A stretch of DNA of 20,000 nucleotides from Lama guanicoe (lineage: Eukaryota). Every line of letters starts with the position of its first letter. Position 1 is the stretch's first letter. Positions 13,201 to 20,000 of this stretch are shown here, piece by piece. The notes beneath the pieces were generated by a model. It saw only the letters and a program-made list of their open reading frames with translations. It had not been told where the DNA came from and did no database searches. Location: NCBI GenBank assembly GCA_013239625.1, contig MU053606.1:244697-264696 (forward strand), written 5' to 3'. Made by a program: the position numbers and the translations under genes.

Positions 13201-14299
13201 CTGTAGTGTCCAACTGAAAAGAAAATATTGGTTCCCAACAAAATATGGGAAGGCGGATTTCACACACACAAATCTCTCAGAACTGAGCATGTGGTTTGTC
13301 GTTTTTTCACCTAGCACAAAGGGAATGCGTAGCTGGAGAAACACTTACTATACTTTCTTCAGTCTGTTTCATAGTGCTGGTATGAAGTTCCAGCATTTTT
13401 CACTAAAAAAACGAGTTGCAACAAGTACCTCCCCATAAATATGTATGTAGTGTTGTTTCCAACTGAAAAGAAACTTTCTGTTTCCAGAAAACTGGGGGAA
13501 GGATGGCTTTAACTCAAATTGTTCTCTGAGAACTGAGCATGTGGAGAACCGTTCTTTCATCTAGCACAAATGGAAAGTTTTGCAGGAGAAACTCTTAATC
13601 TGGTTTCCCTGTCGATTTCCTAGTGTCAGTTCGAAGTTCCTGCAGTTTTCACTGAAAAAAGGATTTGGAGCGAGTACCTCACCAATATAAATATATGTAG
13701 TTTAGTTTCCAACTGAATAGAAACTTTGTAGGCCAACAAGCAAGGTGAAGTGTGCCTTTAACAGAAACTAATCTCTCAGAACTTATCATGTGGACAGACG
13801 CTCATTCATCTAGCACAAAGTGATCAGGAAGCCCGAGAAAGCCTTTCACTGGTTTCCCATTCTGTTTCCTAGTGTCTGTTTGAAGTTCTTGCAATTTCCT
13901 ATAAAAACCATGTTTGGTGCTTGTACCTCCTCATATATATATATGTAGTAGTTTCCAACTGAAAAGAAACTTTGTGTTCCCAACAAGCTAGGTGAAGGAC
14001 GGCTTACAAACACAAAAACCATTCAGAAATGAGCATGTGGATAGACGTTCATTCATCTATCACAAAGGGAATTAGTTACAAGTGAAACAGTTTTTCTGGT
14101 TTCCCAGTCTGTTTCCTAGTGCCGGTTTGTAGATCCTGCAGTTTTCACTGAAATATTGAGGTGGAGCTAGTACCTCCTCATATATATGTATGTACTGTGG
14201 ATTCCTACTGAAAAGAAACTTTGATTTCTCATCAATCTAGGTGAAGGATGGTTTCATACACACTTATGTCTGAGAACTGAGCATGTGGAGAGACGTTCG

Positions 14300-16630
14300 T
14301 TCTTCTGGCACAGAGAGAACGGATTGCAAGAGAAACAATTACTCAGGATTCTAAGTCTGCTTCCTAGTGTTGGTTTGAAGTTCCTGCATTTTTCTCTTTG
14401 AAATTGAGCTGGAGCATGTGCCACCCCATGTATATGTATGTAGAGTATTTACAAACTGAAAAGAAACTTTGTGTTCCCAATAAGCTTGGTGTCGGGTGGC
14501 ATTCACACTCACATATGTCTCAGAAATGATTAAGTGGAGAGACATTCATTCATTTAGCACAAAGGGATCGTGTTGCATGGGAAAAATTTACACTGGTTTC
14601 TCAGACTCTTTACTAGTGCTGTTTTGATGTTCTTAAATTTTTCACAGTAAAACCGTGTTGGACCTAGTACATCCACATATATATGTATGTAGTTTAGTTT
14701 CCAACTTAAAAGAAACTTTGTGTTGCAAACAAGCTTGGGGAAGGACGACATTTACACACAATTATCACTCAGAACTGAGCATGTGGAGAGACGTTCGTTC
14801 ATCCAGCACAAAGAGAACAGGTTTCAGGAGAAACACTTACTCTGGATTCTCAGACTGATTCTTAGATTTGGTTGAATTTCCTGCAATTTTCACATAAAAA
14901 CCGAGATGAAGCTTGTACCTCCCCATATATATGTATGTATTGCACTTTTCAACTGAAAAGAATCTTTGTGTTCCCAACAAGCTATGTGAAGGAAGGCTTT
15001 CATTCACACATAGCTCTCAGAAATGAGCATGTGGAGAGACGTACATTCATCTAGCAAAAAGGGAACTGGTTTCAGGAAGAACAATTATTCTGGTTCCTCA
15101 GTATTTTTCCTTGCGTCAGTTTGGAGTCCCTGAATTTTCACTGTAAAAATAAGTTGGAGCTTGTTCCTCCCCATATATATGAACACAGAGCAGTACCCAA
15201 GTGTAAAGAATCTTTGTGTTCCCAACAAGTTAGGTGAAGGATGGCTTTCACACACAAATATCCCTCACATCTGAAAATGTGGAGAGTCATTTGTTCACCT
15301 AGGACAAAGAGAACGGGTTGCAGGAAAAAAAAAATACTCTTGTTTCTGAGTCTGTTTCCTAGTGCTGGTTTGAAGTCCCTGCAATTTTGACAGTAAAACT
15401 AATTTGGAGCTATTATATCCCCATATATATGCACGTAGTATAGTTTCCACTGAAAAGAATTTTTGCATTGCCAAGAAGCTAGGTGAAGGACGGCTTTCAC
15501 AAACAGTTTTCTCTCTGGACAGAGTATGTGGAGAGATGTTCATTCATGTAGCACAAATGGAACGTTTTACAGTAGAAACACTTACTCTGGAGTCTCTGTC
15601 TGTTTCTTAGTGCCATGTTGAATTTCCTTCAATTTTGCCAGTAAAACTAGTTGGAGCTAGTACTTCCCCATATGTATGCATGAATAGCACTTTCCAAATG
15701 AAAAGAATCTTTGTGTTCCCAACAAGCTAGGTGAAGTACGGCTTTCACACACAATTATCTCTTAGAACTGAGCATGGTGAGAGACGTTGGATCATCTATC
15801 GCAAAGGAAACAGGTTGCAGGACAAACACTTACTGTTATTCTCAGCCTGTTTCCTAGGTCCGGTTTGAAATTCCTGCAATTTTGACTGCAAAAGCGAGTT
15901 GGAGCTAGTACATCCCCATATAAATGTACATGGTGTAGTTTCCACTGAAAAGAATCTTTGTGTTCTCAACAATCTAGGTGAAGGAAGGCTTTCACACACA
16001 CTTATCACTCAGAACAGAGGATGTGGAGTTTCATTCATTCATCAAACACAATGGGAATTGGTTACAGGAGAAAAACTTACTCTGGTTTCGCAGGTTATTT
16101 TCTAGTGCTGGTTTGATGTTCCTGCAGTTTTCTCTGTAAGTCCGTATTGTAGCTAGTACCTCCTCATATATATGTATTTAGTGTAGTTTCCTATTTAAAA
16201 GAAATTTGTGTTCCCAGCAAGCTATTTAAAGTACGGTTTTCATACACAAATATATCTCAGAAATGACATGTGGAGAGACATATGTTAATCTAACACAAAG
16301 GGAACTGGTTTCAGGTAGAACAATTATTCTGGTTTTTCAGTCTGTTTCCTTGTGCTGGTTTGAAGTTCCTGTATTTTTACTTTAAAACCAAGTTGGTGTT
16401 AGTTACTCCACATATATATGTACATTGAGTAGTATCCGAATGTAAAGAATATCTGTGATCCCAACAAGCTAAGTTAAGGAAGGTTTTAATACACACATAA
16501 CTCTCAGACCTGAGCATGTGGAGAGATGTTCATTCATCTAGCACTTAGGGAAAGGTTTGCAGGAGAAACCCTAACTCTGGTTTCTCAGTCTGTTTCCTAG
16601 TGCTAGTTTGAACTGCCTGCAGTTTTCACT
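14300..16630. repeat. Distal multi-monomer block, copy 1
   Basis: It shares private variants, in the same order, with 17770-20000: aagcttggtgtcgg (14482/17956), tgttgcaaacaagcttggggaagga (14721/18618), ccatgttgaat (15613/19010), aaatgacatg (16261/19658). Boundaries are approximate. Confidence 0.85.
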
Positions 16631-18150
16631 GTAAACCGATTTGGAGCTAGTACCTCCTGATATATATCTTTGTAGTGTAGTTACCAACTGGAAAGAAACT
16701 TTGTGTTCCCAACAAGGCAGGTGAAATACTGCTTTCACACACACTTATATCTAAGAAATGAGCAAGTGGAGAGATGATAGATCATCTAGAAAAAAGGGAT
16801 TGGGTTCCAGGAGAAACACTTACACTGCTTTCTCAGCCTCTTGCCTGGTGCCGGTTTGAAGTTCCGGCAGTTTCCACTATAAAACTGTGTTTGAGCTAGT
16901 TCCTCCCAATATATATGAATGTAGTGTAAATTCCAGCAGAAAATATACATTGTTTCCCAACAAGCTTGGTGAAGGAAGACTTTCAGAAACACTTATACCT
17001 CAGAAATGAGAATGTGGAAAAAAGTTCATTCATCTAGCACAAAGGGAACGTAATGCTGTAGATATAGTTTCTCTGGTGTCTCTGTCTGTTTTCTAGTGCC
17101 GCTATGAAGTTCCTTCAGTTTTCACTGTAAAACAGATTTGGAGGTGGTACTTCACCTTATATATGTATGTATTGTAGTTTCCAACTGAAAAAAAAACTTT
17201 GTGTTCCCAACAAGCTAGGTGAAGTATGGTATTCACACACAATTAAATCTCAGAACTGAGCATTTGGAGAGACATTTGTTCATCTAAGAAAAAGGGAACG
17301 GTTTGCAGTAGAAACAAATACTCTGGTTTCTCAGGGTGTTTCCTAGTGCTGGTTTGAATTTCCTGCTGTTTTCACTGTAAAAACGAGTAGGAGGTAGTAC
17401 CTCCCCATATCTATTTATGTAGCATAGTTTCCAACTGAATAGAAACTTTGTGTTCCCAACAAGCTAGGTGAAGGACAGCTTTCACACACACTTATGTCTC
17501 AGAAATGAGCATGTGGAGAGACGTTCGTTCATCTAGCACAAATGGAAAGGGTGGCAGGAAAAACACTTTCTCTGGTTTCTCAGTCTGTTTCCTACTGCTG
17601 ATCTGAAGATATTGCAGTTTTGACTGTAACTGAGTTGGAGCTAGTACATCACCATATATATGTAAGTAGTGTAGGTACCACTGAAAAGAAACTTTGTGTT
17701 CCGAACAAGCAAGGTGAAAGACGATTTTCACACACACATATCTCGGAAGACTGAGCATGTGGTGAGACGTACGTTGATCTTGCACAAAGAGGACTGGTTG
17801 CAGGAGAAATAATTTCTCAGGTTTCTAAGACTGCTTCAAAATGCTTGTTTGAAGTTCCTGCATTTTTCTATTTGAAACCATGTTGGATCTAGTACCACCC
17901 CATATATTTTTATGTAGTGTAGTTACAGAGAGTAAAGAAACTTTGTGTTCCCTACAAGCTTGGTGTCGGACGGCTTTCACACTCTCTTATCTCTCAGAAA
18001 TAATCATGTGGATAAACTTTCATTCTTTTAGCACATAGGTATCATGTTGTATGGGTAAAATTTAGGCTGGTTTCTCAGTCTGTTTCCTAGTGCCAGATTG
18101 ATGTTCTTGAAGTTTTCACAGAAAAACCGTGTTGGAGCTAGTACATCCCA

Positions 18151-18586
18151 ATATATATATATATATATATATATATANNNNNNNNNNNNNNNNNNNNNNN
18201 NNNNNNNNNNNNNNNNNNNNNNNNNNNNNNNNNNNNNNNNNNNNNNNNNNNNNNNNNNNNNNNNNNNNNNNNNNNNNNNNNNNNNNNNNNNNNNNNNNNN
18301 NNNNNNNNNNNNNNNNNNNNNNNNNNNNNNNNNNNNNNNNNNNNNNNNNNNNNNNNNNNNNNNNNNNNNNNNNNNNNNNNNNNNNNNNNNNNNNNNNNNN
18401 NNNNNNNNNNNNNNNNNNNNNNNNNNNNNNNNNNNNNNNNNNNNNNNNNNNNNNNNNNNNNNNNNNNNNNNNNNNNNNNNNNNNNNNNNNNNNNNNNNNN
18501 NNNNNNNNNNNNNNNNNNNNNNNNNNNNNNNNNNNNNNNNNNNNNTATATATATATATATACCAATATATATATATATATATATAT
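18151..18586. repeat. Expanded (TA)n microsatellite inside one satellite monomer, mostly unsequenced
   Basis: The order is ccca, (AT)13A, gap, (TA)8, ccaa, (TA)10T, gtag. It sits at the catatatatgtatgtag position of the monomer. Confidence 0.85.
18178..18545. other. Assembly gap (368 N) flanked by (TA)n on both sides
   Basis: Run of N seen directly, with (AT)n at 18151-18177 and (TA)n at 18546-18561. Confidence 0.99.
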
Positions 18587-20000
18587 GTAGTGTAGTCCCA
18601 AATGAAAAGAAAATTTGTGTTGCAAACAAGCTTGGGGAAGGATGACTTTCACACACACTTATCTCTCAGAATTGAGCATGTGGAGAGACTTTCGTTTATC
18701 TAGCACAAAGAGAAAGTGTTGCAGGAGAAACACTTACTCTGGATTCTCAGACAGTTTCCTTGTCCTGGTTTGAGGTTGCTGCAGTTTTCAATGTAAAACC
18801 GATTTGGATTTAGTACCTCCCTGTATATATGTATGTATGGTACTTTCCAACTGAAAAGAATCCTTGTGATCCAAACAAGCTAAGTGAAGGAAGGCTTTCA
18901 CACTCATTTATCTCTCAGAATTGAGCATGTGGAGAGACGTTCATTCATCTAGCACAAAGGGAATATTTTGCAGTAGAAACAACTACTCTGGTGTCTCTGT
19001 TTCCTAGTACCATGTTGAATATCCTACAATTTTGACTGTAAAACCGAGTTGGAGCTGGTATTTCCCCATATGAATACATGGAGTGCAGTTTTCAAATTAA
19101 AGGAATGTTTGTGTACCCAACAAGCTAGGTGAAGTACGGCTTTCACACACAATTATCTCTCAGAAGTGAGCATGTGGAGAGACGTTCATTCATCTAGCAC
19201 AAAGGGAACGGGTTGCAGGAATGACACTTACTGTTTTTCTCAGTCTGTTTCCTAGGACCAGTTTGAAATTCCTGCAACTTTGACTGTAAAACCGAGTTGG
19301 AGCTAGTACATCCCCATATAATTGTGTGAAGTGTTGTTTCCGCTGAAAAGAATCTTTGTGTTCCCAACAATCTAGGTGAAGGTCGGCTTTCAAACACACA
19401 TATCCTCAGAACAGAGCACGTGGAGAGTCAATCGTTCATCAATCACAATGGGAATTGGTTGCAGGAGAAACACTTACTCTGTTTACTCAGTTTGTTTCCT
19501 AGTGCTGATATGATTTTCTTGCAGTTTTCTCTTTAAATCTATTTTGTAGGTAGTACCTCCTCAAATATATGTATTTAGTGTAGTTTCCTATTGAAAAGAA
19601 CTTTGTGTTCCCAAAAAGATATTTAAAGAACGGCTTTCATAAACACATATCTCTCAGAAATGACATGTGGGGAGATGTACGTTCATCTTGCACAAAGAGA
19701 ACTGGTTTCAGGTAGAACAATTATTCTGGTTTCACAGTGTGTTTCCTTGTGCAGGTTTCAAGTTCCAGTATTTTTCACTTTAAAACCATGTTGGTGTTAG
19801 ATACTCCCCATATATATGTACATTGTGTAGTATCCAAGTGTAAAGAATCTTTGTGATCCTAACAAGCTTAGTAAAGGAAGGCTTTAACACACACATATCT
19901 CTCAGACCTAAGCATGTGGAGAGACGTTCGTTCATCTAGCACATAGTGAATGGTTTGCAGGGGAAACCCTTTCTCTGGTTTCTCAGTCTGTTTCCTAGTG
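18546..20000. repeat. Continuation of the same satellite array after the gap (~5.7 monomers)
   Basis: Same motifs and orientation, with monomer starts at ~18800, 19044, 19292, 19540 and 19787. It runs off the right edge. Confidence 0.98.

Larger units (their letters stand above)
1..13910. repeat. Proximal satellite domain containing monomer subtypes A, B, C and D
   Basis: A: gtaaccaac-like motif, usually with tttaacac, at 69, 1062, 1556, 3539, 4776, 6018, 7010, 8745, 9490, 12732, 13728. B: ttgaaat(a/t)tt-like at 331, 2310, 3804, 7274, 9009, 9754, 10260, 12997. C: actagaaag at 3025, 6248, 8229, 11968. D: tatgggaag at 3305, 6526, 8509, 10505, 12248, 13244. Confidence 0.85.
1..18177. repeat. 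Tandem satellite DNA array, ~248-249 bp monomer, ~73 complete diverged copies plus the start of a 74th
   Basis: The anchor gttggagctagtacctcccca and its variants recur at ~2, 251, 497, 745, 994, 1241, 1489 ... 17631, 17878, 18127, a mean period of about 248 bp. Motifs recur in fixed order: aagaaactttgtgttcccaacaagctaggtgaagg, tctctcagaactgagcatgtgg, ttcatctagcacaaaggga, ttgcaggagaaacacttactctggtttctcag, gaagttcctgcagttttcactg. The array continues beyond the left edge. Confidence 0.98.
17770..20000. repeat. Distal multi-monomer block, copy 2 (two monomers shorter, contains the gap)
   Basis: Same private variants as 14300-16630. The offset is 3474 before the gap, ~3897 just after it, then 3397. 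Boundaries are approximate. Confidence 0.85.

Noticed and set aside
15325..15334. A10 run as a retroposon tail
   Set aside because: It is an in-place mutation of the consensus agaaacac with the monomer phase preserved and no inserted element.
18098..18658. The four longest ORFs (153-180 aa)
   Set aside because: They are artefacts of reading through (TA)n and the N gap.
150..19399. Many 60-97 aa ORFs with recurring peptides (CWEHKVSFQLE, ENCRNFKP, YIYGEVLAP)
   Set aside because: They are translations of the same satellite monomer, occur on both strands and in several frames, and are broken by stops and frameshifts at variable places. I recognise no protein domain.
1..20000. CRISPR array or another prokaryotic repeat-spacer system
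   Set aside because: The entire 249-bp unit is repeated. There are no unique spacers, no identical short repeats and no cas or other genes.
1..20000. Primate alpha satellite identity (shared words such as tctcagaa and ctttgtg)
   Set aside because: The period is ~249 rather than ~171 bp, and I see no collinear similarity beyond short words.
1..20000. Tandem tRNA, 5S, snRNA, SINE or zinc-finger array
   Set aside because: I recognise no A/B boxes, cloverleaf, poly-A tails with target-site duplications, or 84-bp C2H2 periodicity.

Overview
The whole window is one head-to-tail tandem satellite array with a monomer of about 248-249 bp. I count about 79 copies, all in one orientation, interrupted only by a 368-N assembly gap (18178-18545) inside an expanded (TA)n tract. 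My by-eye consensus is GAGTTGGAGCTAGTACCTCCCCATATATATGTATGTAGTGTAGTTTCCAACTGAAAAGAAACTTTGTGTTCCCAACAAGCTAGGTGAAGGACGGCTTTCACACACACTTATCTCTCAGAACTGAGCATGTGGAGAGACGTTCGTTCATCTAGCACAAAGGGAACGGGTTGCAGGAGAAACACTTACTCTGGTTTCTCAGTCTGTTTCCTAGTGCCGGTTTGAAGTTCCTGCAGTTTTCACTGTAAAACC (249 nt). No genes, RNA genes, transposons or CRISPR are supported, and all listed ORFs are chance translations of the repeat. CpG-to-TpG/CpA decay points to a methylated eukaryotic genome, probably vertebrate. I cannot name the species or the satellite family. The array has two domains. The proximal one (1 to ~13.9 kb) has four monomer subtypes, here called A-D, in an irregular recurring C-D-(x)-A-B cassette. The distal one lacks these subtypes and contains an old multi-monomer block duplication with a 2-monomer indel. 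Other observations are a CENP-B-box-like motif split by 13 bp, several dyad symmetries per monomer, and repeated (TA)n expansion at one monomer position. I found no evidence of a protein-coding system.
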